Numbered from the whole stretch's first letter, positions 9,801 through 25,530 are shown. The stretch: DNA of 60,020 nt, filler included, from Sluysia triapertura (GCA_046118255.1; 4 parts of 4 records of this genome joined end to end with filler, not necessarily neighbours in it); one strand, 5' to 3'. Notes: generated by a model from the sequence alone, not told the origin. Made by a program: numbers and translations.

Positions 9801-12604
9801 TTACTTTAAATTGAGGTTTGTTTATGGATTGTTGGTGTGGATGTTGATTATAATAATGACAGTAACGACAGCTGTAAGTTAGAATGTTTTGTAAGAGTTA
9901 AAGTCTGACAATATTAATAACTGAAAGGTTAAGTTGGATCTATTTAGAATTTCATAAATTTACTATTTCAAGAGATAGTAATGAAGATGTGGGGATTGAT
10001 GAAATGTTGCATGATGTATGTTTTGATGTGTTGAAGATGAAATAATATAATCGGAGGTGAAGGACTGAACCACCACAATGAGTTTAAAAAGTAAAAGAGA
10101 TACTTAAAACATTTTACAATTGTTCTTAATCCTTTAACCAAGATCATAAAAGTTTTTTGTATTATTTTTATGCATCAATGCTGCCATCGTGCCATGATAA
10201 AAATCAAATCAGCTATCACCAGAGAGAAGCTATTAAAGAATTATTTGATTTCATATCTAAAATAGTCGTATTACGAACTGCAAGGTACATACGATCTTCA
10301 GTGGTGGAACCTGAACATCTATGTCATAAACATAATTGCATATTGTTCATCATGAGTTTTGTTTTTTGATAAAAAATATCCTAAACGAATTCTACAAACA
10401 TTATCAACAAATTTATTATGCAGATAATTGATTGTGAAGTTTTAATGCGATTTCTAAAACTATATATTCCGATATTATGTAATGTTTAGTTATATATCGA
10501 AGATAATCACATATAAGAATATATTGACTTAGTCAAGCCAGTAGTTAATATTTATAGAATATTTCGGGCGAATGTATGTTAAAAGTAATGAATTCATTAC
10601 CAACTGCTAACGTTTGTCAATGTGAATGATCATTAGTGAGATCTCAAAATGTTTTAGAACGCTTCGAAGTTCATGTAGGTTTTATTCGTAATTCACTAAG
10701 TGTAAATAATGTAACTACTGTAAAATGATTTTTATTGATCTTACATTACGTTTTATTTGTTTATTCGATTCTAGTAAAGGGAAGTGGAGTCCACACCTCA
10801 TAAATGTTTAAATTTAAATTTTGTAAATGCTAAAATTTTTAAATTTGAATTCGAATCAGATTTATTTCAAAAATCTTAACTTTAAATTGGCAGATAATGA
10901 TATGTGCCCTTAGATTAATAAGGTATATGTTCATGTTGATGCTATTAACAAAATGGTTAAACGTGTAAGAAAAAGTTTCAGATTAATGGATATAAAATAT
11001 GTCAGTAGTTAACTGCATAACAGGAATTTAATCTGTGCGATAAAGTAATACTCGCTCGCATTTGTATTATTAGATATTTAGTGTTATGCAAGACTGAACG
11101 CTTAATTAATGTACGAGGTCAACAAAATTCTGTCGTAAGACATAATCGCTAATCATGTTGTATCGTTATCTTTGTTGGGATCACCTAACTGTTGGATATA
11201 GAAAAAATGGGATGAATTCATGAAGATTTGATAGAAAATAATAGACCAAACATCTATAATCATGTTAGACATTAAAGAATACCTTAGAGATTCCGAAAAA
11301 TTTTGCAATGTTTCGCGATCCTTCTAGGAACTTGAAATTATTTTTAAACACTGTTTGAATCATCTTTGAACTTGTGAACATTGAAACCATTTAAGATCTT
11401 GTAAACTTTAAGAATCTTTGAAATCTGAATAAGCATTTAAGACTGTTGGGATAAAATTATTGTAATTGATAACAAAAACAATTTTGACACGTTAATAAGT
11501 AACATAGATAAGTAGGAAAATGGTGAAGGTTGAAGCACCTAGAATCTCCTGAATATATTATGAAACGCTTTAAGGTTCAAAATACACTAACGATAATAAT
11601 ACAATAATAATAATAATATTAATATTAATAGCTAAATAAACACCTGCCGGTCTTAATTAAAAATTATATATTATAAGAATTGAAAAAATACCGGCATAAA
11701 TAATTGAAATATAAAAAGTTTAACTACTATTGATCTATATTGATCTATTTTTTGAATTGACGAAAGTCTTTCTTGTATAGGATAATATTCTGTCGAACAA
11801 CATTTATTGTGATAATATAAAACTAACTTAACATCATTATCTGCGCGTGCCAGAGCATGGGGTTTCTGAAGCTTGAGTATTAAAAATACATTTAGATCGA
11901 TTTGATTAATTGCGTAAGTTAGGACTATCATTGGGTATTAAAGTATTTCTGTATAGTAGACGAAATAAATTTTGTATTAGGATATTCCTATAAATGCAGT
12001 TGTAATAACTTCCATTGAAACTGTCTTTATATCAATAGAGTTAACATTTCTCATCATATACTCGATTTTATCTTTATAGGAATTATGGTCAACTAAAATT
12101 AACTTCATTTTATTGTTGCTTATGATAAAATTTTTAACTCATTCGTAGTACAGCAATAAGTGATTCACTCCTCTTTATTACTATGTGTATTGTTGATTCT
12201 ACATTTACATTGTCGTTTAATGTTATCTTTTCATTTAAAAATTCTAATCCTGTAGGAGGATAAATCTGTTTCAAATGTATCATTCATAATTCGTTGCACG
12301 GCACTTGATTTACTAAAACGATAATCACATATTAAAATAACTTTATATAAAATGATCGTATTGATTATTATCTTGATTGTTCCGAATGAATTTTTAGATT
12401 TCAACTAATTATCTTAGTAAAATTTTTAAATGCCGCAAAGATTTTTGATTTTTTTACTTTTCTGATTTAATTAATGACTTAATTAATTATATTTATTTAT
12501 TAGCACGTTTAAATTACAGCTAACTCATATTTCGCAGGAGTATTGAAAAATACAGTATTAAATTAATGAATAGCACCTGGATGAGATTTAGTACTATTAC
12601 TGAA

Positions 12605-12647
<43 letters not shown>

Positions 12648-13866
12648 TTATTTATTTATTTATTTATTTATTATTTAGATGATTGTTTAACGTAAATTTG
12701 TATTTGAAGCTTGATATGCATAATTTTCTAAAATTCGGCCATTTTAAATTTAATGTTTATAATTAATATTTACCACACTGGGGTATACTTTTAGTTAAAT
12801 ATATTACGATTTAGTGAAATATGAGAATATTTAATAAGCAGAGAATTTATAGTTCAGAATTATGCGAATAACAAACAATAATGCTTATTTCATTTATTTC
12901 AGAGCATTTAACACAAACAATATTTCAAGATACATTAAGAACATAATTTATTTTTGAATTCAAGATTAATTTTACAATTAATACATAATTTAGTAATTGA
13001 ATGGTTGAAGTAGAATTTTCTTAACGAATTGATATTGTTACATTGAATGATTAGTAGAATAAATGCTTACCCAGTTGATGATTACGATCATGATGATGAT
13101 GATAGTATTGTCGGTTGTTGAAATTGGTCAATTGTTGATTGTTGTACGTTATGAGAGCAGTTTTTTTGTAAAAAATGAAATTCTGTTATGTTAAGGTTGT
13201 GCAATTAATGTATCTAGGATTAATTATTTGTTCGAGAGCTTCCGATGGTTTCGTTAGATGTCACTATCACAAGTAATTCTAAAATTGAAGATAAGGTTGT
13301 ATCAGACATGATACGTTTGAAGTTGAAAGTGATTTTTTTGTTCAGTAAGGTTTATTACAAACATAAGAATCGACTGGTTTGAAACGTATCAAAGGTTTTA
13401 AAAGTGTAAAATAAGTATATGAGTGACTAAAATGTCTAGTAATTTTATTGATGTTAAAGTGCATAAGTTAAATGTAACATTTTTGTGCATTAAGAGGGTT
13501 ATAATTTAGGTTGTTATGGGTACTTAAAATTAAATACGTTTGTTTCGTCTAATTTCTAATTTTATTGATTGTTCCGAATTGTCTAAATGAAAAGGAATTC
13601 ACCAAGAATGTGATCATGTTATTGAGGATATGGAATAAAAATTTGTAAGGTTTGTGCAGTGTTTTGTATAAAATATTTTTAAATAACTAGTATTTTACTA
13701 GGAATAAAGTTGTAGGTTATGTAGAATGAGCCACCACATTAACCAAATTTGAAGAAGTGGAGAGGATAAGAAATTGAGTGTTACTGAATTTTACAACTGA
13801 ATTATATTTTAATCTTGAAAAGACCATGTTTGTTTAGAAGAGTTTACGTGATACTGAAGGATTTCT

Positions 13867-14115
13867 TTATCTTTGATGGTTCACTGTGATGATTGACTGA
13901 GACCGTTGCTGGTTTGATTTTGTTTTTATTGTCGACAATGAACTGTATGACTTGAAGGACTGGTGTAGTGATGCTGTATTTTCTGTTTTTAACCAGACGA
14001 ATTTATTGTCCAGAATGTTTTTGGGTATATGAATATAAGAAGAATCGTTGTGAACCTGAGTTTTATTCAATTCGTTGAAATACTGCCGCAATAAAGTTGG
14101 TAAGGAGTGTTCCAC
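13867..14115 (-). mobile_element. Gypsy/Metaviridae pol (integrase C-terminal region) remnant
   Basis: 'IHIPKNILDNKFVWLKTENTASLHQSF' resembles the 'HIPKxL....VWLR.D....L..PY' segment preceding the GPY/F motif of Gypsy integrases; degenerate. Confidence 0.5.
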
Positions 14116-16089
14116 ATAATTTAGTATTTAAGTCGTATTTGTGATACCACAGCTAATAAAAAAAGAGAATCTAGAAATGAATTTGAAATGTTTATAAAAT
14201 GATCTGTTTGATAATAAAAACATCAAACATTTTCCATTAGAAAATTTGCCATAAATAATTGAAGATTAAATTTTAAAAATTGAAGTTAAAATCATTTTTA
14301 CATATGCGGTTAATTATTGTTATTTTAATGCAGGAAGTTAACTTAAGTAAAACAAATTAAGCAGAATAGAGGAAAATAATGGTTGATCATTAATCTGTGT
14401 TTCGTGTTTCACTGATATTAATACTTCATTTTAAATGACTAACATAATTAACATAATGGAATATTCATGCAGTTAACTACTTTATAAGCAGAATAATTTT
14501 TGTTAAGAAACATCCTTTTTCTCAAGGACATTAGTCTAATATACATATGTTTTTTACTCACTTTTGTTAACTCACACATGTGGTTCTTGTGACGTGAGAA
14601 TAATTTTTTATAATCTAGAATAAAGTAAAAAATTTTTTAAAATTAAAAAATAAAATTAAAACAACTTAGCAATCTTGGTAGATTCAATGAAGTAGCTTCA
14701 AAAATTTGAGGTTAAGAAAGAAATATATCAAAAATGCACTTAATTTGAGAAAAAAATAAAATGAAAAGATCTTTGGATGGAACTCAGTAAACTTAATTAG
14801 CAAATAGAGAAGCGAAAGCAACGTAGAAAGGAAAAAAAGTGAATACTAGCAAGCACAAGTCAACACACATCCATTAGATGTGAAAAAATAAATTATAATA
14901 TGGCCAAACCAATATTACAGGAAAAGATTACTAAAATTGGTCGTATAATTGAAATTAACTATCGAGATAAGTTAATAATAGAAAAATTATTACAGAATAG
15001 AATTCAGAATACTAAACGTGAAAATACAATATAAAGCAGAGTTTTTGCCGATAAATTCACATATTGAAAAAATTTGAAAATTTTCGTATACAAAACATGG
15101 ACACAAACTGAAAATTATATATTGAAATATCTGTCATAAATCAAGTCATAAATTGAAATTATTAACTGATCCTTGACAATATAGATTGTTTTCTTGTAAA
15201 TACAATGAAATAAATTAAATAAAATACAAAATATATAAAAAATTGTGTTACATATAAATTTATGATATGTTTAATTTATTTTGAAACTTTAATTTAACTT
15301 TAACTTTTTATCTCTAGCATTAGAGTTGAGATCAGAACTCACTTCCACTTTATAGAGAATGGTTATAAGCTGACTTGATTAATATGATTTATACAAAGTA
15401 AACGTAATTAATATAAAAGTTGTTAATGTATTAGTAAAAATAAGGTGGTTCTTGAAATTGAAATATTTAATATACAGTTGAACAAGTATTTTTATATAGG
15501 TTATTGAATTAATGAAATTAAATGACGAAACATTACGATTTTATTTGCAGTATATAATTTAGTTATTTCAACAAGCTTTATTTTAATATAAATGTATTGT
15601 TTAAAAATAAATTTAATAAATGTTTTAACATTTTATTATCATTTGTATGTTGAATTAATTGAAATCATTCCAGTGAAATTTCATTATTTTTTAAATAAAA
15701 TGTTTAATATACATTACTCTTTAATGTGGATAGAGTGTTTATTAATAATATTAGTATTTAGAATAAACAATTTTAGAAATTTTCACTGTAGTGATTTTTG
15801 TGTTTTATATCGTTGTGAGTCCAAACACTTTCAATATCGCATTTGAACGGTGTATATGTATACCACTTGCTTCAGGCAAAGTTACTAATTTATTCATTTT
15901 AGTGTGTAACTTATAACTGTAGATTAGAACAATTTTTGTTTAAACTATAAACTTGCAATAATTAATATAGCATTTAATGGAATTAAAAGATCCTATCAAA
16001 GACAATAGTACTCATTTCATTATACATGTTAACCATAAAACAATAATAATAATACACCATTTTCAAACAATATTTTATTCAAGCCATTT

Positions 16090-16960
16090 ATTTATTATTA
16101 AAAATGTAATCTATCGTGTTATAAAAAGTCTCGCCAATGATAAATTAATTTCTTAATACCATTTAAATATCAATCCTAGCTTATAGAAGCAAAAAATTCG
16201 TCAGTCTTTTTCACGTTGTGCCGTGTTCTTTCAAAATGAGTCATTGATTGAAACAGTTCGAAGAAGCAAGAGCTAGATGCAGAAGTAATCCAAATTCATT
16301 AGGATCATCTGGCTTTTTTGTTTTTGCAATGCATGAGATTTGACATTATTTTAATGAAATAAATTTTATTTCTCTCGACTAATTCTTGGTAATGATCAAT
16401 AATAATAGCTTCAACATTCTTAATCTGATTACAATGAATTCAAATGAGAAATCAATTCGAAGAGAATTAAACCTTCAAAATTAAAACCGAATGCAAATTA
16501 TGACTATTTTCAATTTACATTTTTTATTAACCTGTTGACCAATATCGCTTTTTCCATTTTTCGTCACTAGTATGAATACTTATAAAAACTCTTTTATCAT
16601 TGGAGCACTGAAAATCTGTAATCTTTTTCTTTGATTTAATGGTGCTTCTTTGTGGCACTTGTTAGTCTTCTAGCAACATCAAAATCCGAAATAAACTTTG
16701 AAGATCATTTGTTATTGTTTGTACACGTCCAACTGGTTTTGTTTCAATGTAGGTCTTCATGTCATCTAAATCTGCAATATTTGGTTACTTTATATATCTT
16801 TGTCGTTAAGTTTTAAACATCCATCGTTAAATATTATATACCATCGTTGTAACACTTTTTTGCATTGGTAACATCAGAATCTTCTCACATATTCTATATG
16901 CATGTGCTGCTGCGACTCCTTTTCTCCATTAATGCTAGAACAAGCCATGCATTACAATTT
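16090..16960 (-). mobile_element. Degenerate mariner transposase
   Basis: Minus-strand fragments across frames: 'KGVAAAHA..VLQRWY' (HTH), 'SIHTSDEKW' (ITGDEKW), 'ELVERNKIYFH*NNVKSH' (HDNARPH), 'LFQSMTHF', 'DEFFAS..NGIKKL..W'. Confidence 0.8.
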
Positions 16961-17905
16961 TTAATTCAATTGTATTAAAATTTAAAAAATTCAATTCAAT
17001 TAAATAAGCAATTGAAATGATCAAACAAAATAAAGGACCCCATATTTAAAACGATCCGTTTTGATAAGAGATTGAATATTTCTCATGTTATATCAAATTA
17101 TATCAACCTACGATAATAATAATAATAAATAATAATTTTTAAGCATTTAATTTTTTTAAATTTACATATTTTGTTAATATTGCCTTATACTTAATTAAAT
17201 AAATGAATCCTTTTGTTTTATTGAATGTTTAGAGAATAATACTCTTTCCATGAGTTATTAATCTTTCGTAGGTAATATGTAAATGTTTGATTACCGCTTT
17301 ATCTATTTTGAATAGTAATGTATTATAGAAATGCAGAGGATGTAAATTTAATTATAATGCACAGAATTTATTGCACAATATTACAATTTATTTATTAAAA
17401 ATAGATGTACAATATTATGAAAATTATATTGTGCTAAATGTTTTGGTCCGACATAACAATATAAACTCTATTTATTAGTAATGTTATTTGATACTTCATT
17501 TAGAAAACTTTATTTTTCATTTTATATCAAAGTTGAAACCTCAATCTATATAGATTTTTATTTTATGAAATTATTGTATGAATTGCAAGAATCCATATAT
17601 TGAATCTTATTTGCAGGTTTAACTATATCCAATCTATTTGAGTCCTTATGAAAAAATTTTTACAACCTCGTAATGTAGTTTACACAAATTTATCTCATTA
17701 TTTTAAATTAAATTGAACATAAAGTTCTACGATAATAAATTGAAAAATAAACAAATACTTATTTCAGGATTTCAAAAAAATGTTGTAACTTTTATATTTT
17801 ATGATTTTAAAAATAACGTAAGACAATTTTTAAATAATTTACAAAAAAACAAAAATGAAATTTAATAATTTAAAACTTTATTTAAATTACTATTAATATT
17901 TATAG

Positions 17906-18482
17906 TTACAAAGTCCAGAAAAAATAAATATTAATGAACGATATGAACCAAGTGATGTTGACGAATTGGAAAATTTCAATGAACTCCATTCATATGGTGA
18001 TAATAACGAACGATCAAATCGAATACGACGATTAGCAGCAGCTAGTTCTAACAACCACGATGGTATTAACAAAGAAACTATATCTCTCGTTACAAATCAA
18101 GGAGATGAATTTATCAAAATTATCAGTTCTGATTTTTGTTATGAAGAGGAAATATTAGGATCGTCATTCTTAAGTGTAAGTCAACCCAATTCAATACGCC
18201 CTTGCGCGATACATTATGTTATATCTTATGGAAGAAACTGAAACATTTCCTGATGTTAATGAAGTAATCATTGAAAATAATGATAGTCCATCATCATTTA
18301 TAAGTTGTACTTTTGAATTAAATGATATGGAATTCAATGGTTCAAATTTTGATTACGTGGATTGTGAAAGTAACTCAAGTTCAATTCCTAAGTTATGTAT
18401 TAATGGTAAAATTAATCTTGAATTTAAAGATAATTTATGCTCTGAGTGTATCTTGAAATATTGTTTTTGTGATAAGTGCTCT
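17906..18482 (+). pseudogene. Unknown acidic protein fragment ending in a Cys cluster (CSECILKYCFCDKC); frameshifted, runs into gap
   Basis: Two overlapping ORFs (17966..18241, 18216..gap) preceded by a TTATAG acceptor-like site at ~17905; no family recognised. Confidence 0.35.
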
Positions 18483-18582
18483 NNNNNNNNNNNNNNNNNN
18501 NNNNNNNNNNNNNNNNNNNNNNNNNNTTAATTAATTAANNNNNNNNNNNNNNNNNNNNNNNNNNNNNNNNNNNNNNNNNNNN
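18483..18582. other. Artificial scaffold linker (44 N + TTAATTAATTAA + 44 N)
   Basis: The same 100-nt structure recurs at 32544 and 46152; the 12-mer has stops in all six frames. Confidence 0.97.
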
Positions 18583-20043
18583 TATATATATGGATACAAT
18601 CATAAAAAGACAGGAAACAATAATATTATTAAAATAATTTTGGAGGTAAAATTTGGTAACAAGTATGATAAATTTTGATTGTAAGACTATTTGTTTGTGA
18701 AAATGTGTAGTTTTACGGAACTTGTATATTCATTTTATGTTTATTCTTTTAGACTGTGTTGCAGTTTGTTTAAGATTTTCTTTATGAGAAATGTGTTGTA
18801 TTATGCTGATGTTTGTCTAGAATTGTATTTTGTTGTGTTTCGATTGTGAGCTCACCACGGCATATATTAGCTCTATTATTATTGTATTTTGATGATAACT
18901 TTTATATTTAACCCTTTAAGTATGTGCCACGTCAATAAACGTTTTTGCTTAACTTCTGCGACAGCCGAGTGGCATGAATAAGCGCTCTGATGAATTTTCT
19001 TGTTTTACTAGCCAAATAACGCTTACTGCCGCTGCGTATATGCTGAGTATGCATTGTTTATATATGTTAGCGCTTGGCTAGATCAGTAGAATTATGAGAT
19101 ACATTTCAGAAATGTATAAAATATGATTAATAATCATGGATCAATTTTATCAGAAACGTTTCTCGTTGTACTGAAAATTATAGTGACATAAGATTATCGG
19201 TTTTCGGTTTTATTTCCGTAGAAATGTATTACATGTTATTTACGGGCTGCGTTTGCTTTTAAATTTGTAAAGTTTTTAAAATATTAAAAAATGCTTAAAT
19301 ATACAGAAACATTAATTTTTTTATTGGTTTATTTTTGGATTGTGTAAATTATCTGAAGATTTTTCAAATTCATGAAAAACAAAATATTGTATAACACATT
19401 GGCTTGGCTATATGAATAGTTCGTAGATATGTTCTTGTAACTTATTATTATGTTCTGTATAATATCATCAAATTATAATTATAATAATATCCTGCTTTAA
19501 ATAACATTTTCAACTTTGTTTTTCATTGAGTTTTGTAAATATCATGTGATCATTGCTACTAAGAAGTAATAATAATTACAATAACAAAAAAGTCATTAAT
19601 AAAAATAGATATAATTATATTAAATAGGTCATATTTACATAAACAATTTGTTTTGCTTGATGCATTTATTACGAATAGTATAAACATTTATTAATTAATA
19701 TTACCGAATTAATAATAATTTATTAAAACATAATTTAAATTACAAATTGTTTTAAAATTTGTTGACACATTTTAAATGTAACGTGAACAAATATATTCAG
19801 TTTTAAACAATTTCAAGCTTCGTCATAAAGATCTGTAATTAAAGAACTTTGATAATAATTAATAAAATATAATGATTAATATTATTATGTTACATAATAT
19901 TGTGGATTTTTTGGATCATCAAAGATAAATATTTATTCTAAAACGAGTACATTTAGAACTTTCACTATGAAAGAAGGGATTAAAAAGGACGAATTTTAAT
20001 TTTATTGCCTCTGTAAGTAGAGTTAGAATTTATAATTTTAATG

Positions 20044-20106
<63 letters not shown>
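20044..20106. repeat. (AAT)n microsatellite
   Basis: Directly visible; similar tracts at ~12606, ~25501 and ~40848. Confidence 0.95.
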
Positions 20107-22330
20107 TTAATATTAATCTAAATTGAACTAATATCAATTATAAAGTATGTTCACAAATATACTTAAAACAAATCATTCTTTATAATATTCCGAAATAGAA
20201 ATAACTCTTGTCTTTTCATGATTATTTCACAATTTTCCAGTTATTTGACATTCTCTTGTTATTTAAATTATGTAAAACCCATTATCTATCTTAATTTTTT
20301 AAATTATTATTAGCATAAAGACATTCATTTTAGTTTTCGAATCTTTATTATTTCCAAGATAATGCTTATTTAGATAAGCATTTATTAATTAATAATTAAT
20401 AATTTCGAATTGTAACCATTTAAGATAAGGAGTTATATAAATTAGGGAACTCTTTTAAGTGTTACATTCATTTTTATGCTTATTGTTTATTCATATTATC
20501 CTGAATTTTCATTAAATAAAATATGATATTATATGATATTATCTTAGATAGAATTATATCTTTTCAAAAAATCGATAATTTATTAGTTTTCTTACAATAG
20601 AAAATTAATAGAATGTTTTACTTATTCCAAATTCAAAAATTTAAATTATTAACCATCACTATTGTCATGTATCATATTTTTGTCAAGAAAATACTTCATA
20701 TATTCATGAATGAAGATGTATTGAGTCTGAAATAAACGAAATAAAATAAACGATTATATTTAAACAAACAGATAATTAATGTAAGATGGTATCACATTTC
20801 TTTGTAAATAAAAATTATTTCTATCAAAATATATTATCGGTATTTATAATTGGATGTGGCAATCCAACCTATCAGTATCGAGTTGTATTTAACATTGTTT
20901 CGATAAATTATTATTAAGTTTTACTTTTTATGTTTTATAAATAATAATACATTAATATTTATAATTTCACATTTTAATTGGTCTATATTTTGATAATAAT
21001 TACAAAACTAACTTCGATTATCTCAAAATGGAGAAACCACAGGGTACCATAAAGAAGGTCATTAAATATTTTATTTTATAATTTTATTATTGGTTTTAAC
21101 AAAGTTATTTTTTGAATTTAATTTTTGAGTAATTATTAAAAATTAATAATGGTTACAAATATATTTTAAATTGTGTTGATGTATATTTAAGATTGACTTG
21201 TACAATTGTTGATCATCAAAATTTAATAGAATTATTTGGCACTTGAAAGTAAAAATAATGATATCAATAATAATTATAATAACACTAGTGATGACAATAA
21301 TGAAAAAACAATTGTTGCAAATTATTGAGTTCTAAAATTTTATGTTGAAATGTAAGATGCATAAAATATTTCTTGCATGATTAAAAGGTTTTGAGGGGCG
21401 CAGTAAGTGTCGTATGTGCTTTGACATATGTTACTGATGCAATAAAATCATGGGTAATGTTTTGGGTCACTATAAACATTTAGTCTTCAAATATATCCAA
21501 TCGAAAGATGACTTAAATAATACTTATCAAATTTTAATTAACAATATGAAAGCAGTTCATTTTCTTACTGAAATTTTAGGTAATTCAAACATGAAAGAAT
21601 AAGACTTTGTCGTACAACAAAGAAATTAATTTGTGATTAGATAAACAAAGTTATGTAGGACAAATTGTTTTAGATTTAAGACAATATCAATTACAATTTG
21701 AATAAATAGAAAAATACAGAGAGCAATTTAATTGTAAGATTGAAATTATGATTAGTGATAGTGATAGTTATTTAAAATACACTAATGTTAATTGAGATAC
21801 TTTATTAAATGGATGTATCCAATCACAGTACCGACCATTCAATGATATAATAAGTAAATTTAAAGTGGAAAGTCCAAACATTATTCCAATCTGTCTAGTA
21901 TTAGTAAACATAATAAAGTATAATAAAAAAAGATCATTAAAAGGTATTCACAAATCGTATAAACAATGCAAGGACTGTTCTTTCAGTTCCAAATTCAGTT
22001 AGTTCCCATTAAATTTAGAAAAATCACTCTCTCAAATACTAACGACAAAAGAACAATGTAACATTGATGACAATGATTGTGATGATTCCGATTTGTATTT
22101 AATAAATGTTTGTATTACATTATTTATTTTACTTTATGATGAATTATTTTAAATTTGATACTAACATAAGTTCTATTGACATTCAAGAAATGTGATTATG
22201 TATTAAGAATGCAGCATCGATTTCTGTTATTATTTATTAATATTTAATAATTGATAGCAACACCATTATTATAAGATGAGCTTGGTATCACTCGGAGATG
22301 ATATGCAATTCATAAACAATGTAATCGCCA

Positions 22331-23964
22331 TCACTTCAAAATTGTATGTTTTGGAAAATTTATTATTTTGTGTTGTAATATTAGCTTAAAGATTTTAAAA
22401 ATTTGAAATGATAACTTGTAGGTTTTTGGATCTTTAACAAGATATGTTTTTAATGATTCAATATCGTAAAGATAAAATCGAGTTGTTTTTGATAAGGATT
22501 TTATGTTAGACTTCAGATTTTTAGGTTCGGATCTAGTAAGTAAATCAATTACGGTTATAATAAAATTTTGTACAAGGATCTGACGGATGACGGAGTGAGA
22601 TGTTATTAGGTTATGAGTCGTGTTTATTGTTAAGTATGTACATTTATATATAGGTACAGTTTGATCTTTTAAGTTGTCAAAAGACAATGACTTACGTTTC
22701 AAACTGGTTTTTGTCGTATTAATCATGTAATGATACGAAATTCTTTTTAAGAAATAATAGATTTAATTTTGGCATTTTAATTTCTAAAATAAATATAAAA
22801 ATTCTAAGTACAATACATTTATTATATGAAATGGGAATTTTAAATTTTGAGATAAAGTTTTCTCTTATTACTTCTTTGTCCAACACTACGACCAGTTGCT
22901 CCCATTGATCCATTCTTTAATTTGGTTGACTAAAATATAAATCAAAAAAGATATAGAACAAAAACTTACGTACAATATCTTATCGCAAAGAGTATAGTTC
23001 ATTAATTTGCATAAATTCACTTTGCTCATCAATTTATCTATCTCTTGATTTAGTGTTGATGACGTTTTCAATTGTTGACGATGTTGAACTCATTAATTCG
23101 TAGTAGAATATACTTGTAATGATAGATCTTAAAATCATTCGAAGCATTAATTTTTGATATTGAACTAAAGCGATGTACTGCTGTGTCTAGGAACAGTTCG
23201 ATTACATCTTTTCGCATTATAGTGCTGGCCTTTGGTCGGATTGACAGATAATAATCAATAAGTTCGTGTTTATACTCTTTTGATATATTGTGTAGGTCAC
23301 TCATGATCCGTATACTTGGGACTAAATCTTTATTGTCATAATTATCGAATTCGTCTTCGAGTACTCTCTCAATAACTAACTGCTCATTCAGGATTAGGGA
23401 TATTTGATAAACTTTTTGTTGAACTAGTTCAATGATTAAAATTTTTTGAAAATAGCATCGTATACGTCTCAGTAAGGCAAGCTGATTTTGTCAGATTTAT
23501 ACTATTAACTAAATCGATTAAATCTTTTGAACATAGTTTATTGGATCCACTATTCCCATTATTGTTCATTTCTGGTGTTGCATTATAACTTGTAATTTTA
23601 ACTTCATCATAAGCATTTGTTCTAAATGTTTCGTAGAAGAGATTATCTTCATTCTCTAGAGTACTACAAAAATTACATTGATTATGTTCGAAGACATTAG
23701 AAAGAGTAATTATTTGGATGGTAGCTTAATTGTCATTAAGATAAGATAATAGGCCATAAACATTTGAAATTTGCTTTGTTTTTTTCTTTCGATCTAAACA
23801 TAATTCATTAAACGATTAGAATCCTTTATATATTTCTTTGCCAACAAATTACTACTTGGTTTAAGAATATCATTATCAACAGTAGTACATTTTACTAAAG
23901 TTTGGATATAAAATGATTCCATAGAATTTCTAATAATGAGTCGATTCGGAGAAGTTTTTGCCAT
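22331..23964 (-). pseudogene. Long (~540 codon) intronless orphan ORF broken by stops and frameshifts
   Basis: ATG at 23964 (MAKTSPNRLIIRNSMESFY...) continues through isolated stops and frameshifts into track ORFs 23068..23304, 22886..23071, 22719..22913 and 22331..22726, which overlap end to end. No domain recognised. Confidence 0.6.
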
Positions 23965-25496
23965 GATTTAATGTGAATCAATATTCGGCGTCAAAAATTG
24001 CAAACGAAAAACAAATCTATTTGACTGTAAAGGGTCTTTTTTATTAACAAAACAAATGAGTTGTCACACTTTGCTTAATATTTTTGATTGATAAATAAAA
24101 TGTGAGTCCAATCAGAGTCTCAGAGATAATATTTAATTATTGTAAATCTGCCAAAAAAGTGAGTGATTTTTGTTTTTTGATTAAAATTCTATTTTTAGTG
24201 GTGTGATATCATTAGTCATCCAATCAGGCCTCCGAGAAAAATCGATGAGGAAAATAGGTCCTGATTGAATGATAAGTAATTTAATTTTAGTACACAAATG
24301 TGGTTGCTGAACCAACTACTATCAGTAGTACATTAATTAGATTATTTTGACAGACATTAACTACTGATAGTGGTAGATACTAGGTTAATAATAAAATTAA
24401 TGACATTAATAACAAAATAATAATATTATTATTAATGCCATTTTATTTAAAATAAACACAAACGTCTTTTGACCAATTTCTACATGATCTTGCTCTTTCT
24501 ATTTTCTTTTATTTCTGACATAAAAATTGAAAAGATAAAACGTTTGGTATACTGTGAAGGAACAACGGTAACGTGTTATACGGTGTTTAGGTTATCGTTG
24601 CTGCCTTCACCATAGAAATGAATTCTTTAAAGCTCTATTAAATTTATTTTTTGAAAATGAGAGAATGGTTTGAGCTGCAAGTAAAATAACGAATGCTGGA
24701 ATAAACTCTTGAGATTCATTCAAGGTTTATAATTGGAAATACGGTTTATACATTGAATGTAGTGGTTTAAAATGCTTGTTAATAGTTTATTTGATTTGAA
24801 AGACAATTACAAAATAAATCTTAGCGTGGTTACAATGTTATTGAAGGGTGTTGATAATGATTATGTGTAGAAACGATGGGTTTAAATTAGTGTGATTGAT
24901 CCGTGATTGTAGCGTAAATGTTTTCAGGTACTTGTTAGAGTTGTTGGATAGTGTGAATGCGTTTGTAATTTAAATATTATGTGTTATGATTGTAACTTGG
25001 TTTGAGAACATTATGAATTGTTTTTTGTTTTAATTATCGAAGTATGGTGTGAGATAAATGATTGAGAGTATTCTACGAGTTGTCTTTAAGAAGTATATAT
25101 TGTTAAATTATTATGAATGTCGAATGCTGTTTTTGGTGGATCAGTTAATGTAATTGGATAGTATGAAATGTGATTAATTTAGATGTTATGTTTTTTGTAA
25201 ACTTATTGTTGTGGTTTGAATATGTTAAGTATGATTGACACTTAAAATTGTGGGATTTTTAGAAAATATAGAGTTGATAATCGATACAATACCTATATTC
25301 AGTAAAGTTGGCATTTTACATTAAAACTTCGTAAATACGAGATTTAATGTTGTGTTTTTAACTGCACAAATAAATTTTAATATCCTATGTGAATTTATTT
25401 GTAATGTTAAATCCTATTTTGTAAAAGTTTGTAATTAAATCAAAATTTTGTGCAAAATACTCATTACTATTATAAATTTATCAGTTTTATTAAAAT

Positions 25497-25530
<34 letters not shown>

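Noticed and set aside
18527-18538. TTAATTAATTAA between N runs (three times) as a biological repeat
   Set aside because: Identical 44N-12-44N format with stops in all six frames; an artificial linker.
22331-23304. Operon of four translationally coupled genes
   Set aside because: Better explained as one frameshifted ORF; three of the four pieces overlap their neighbours and coding-like sequence continues upstream to 23964.
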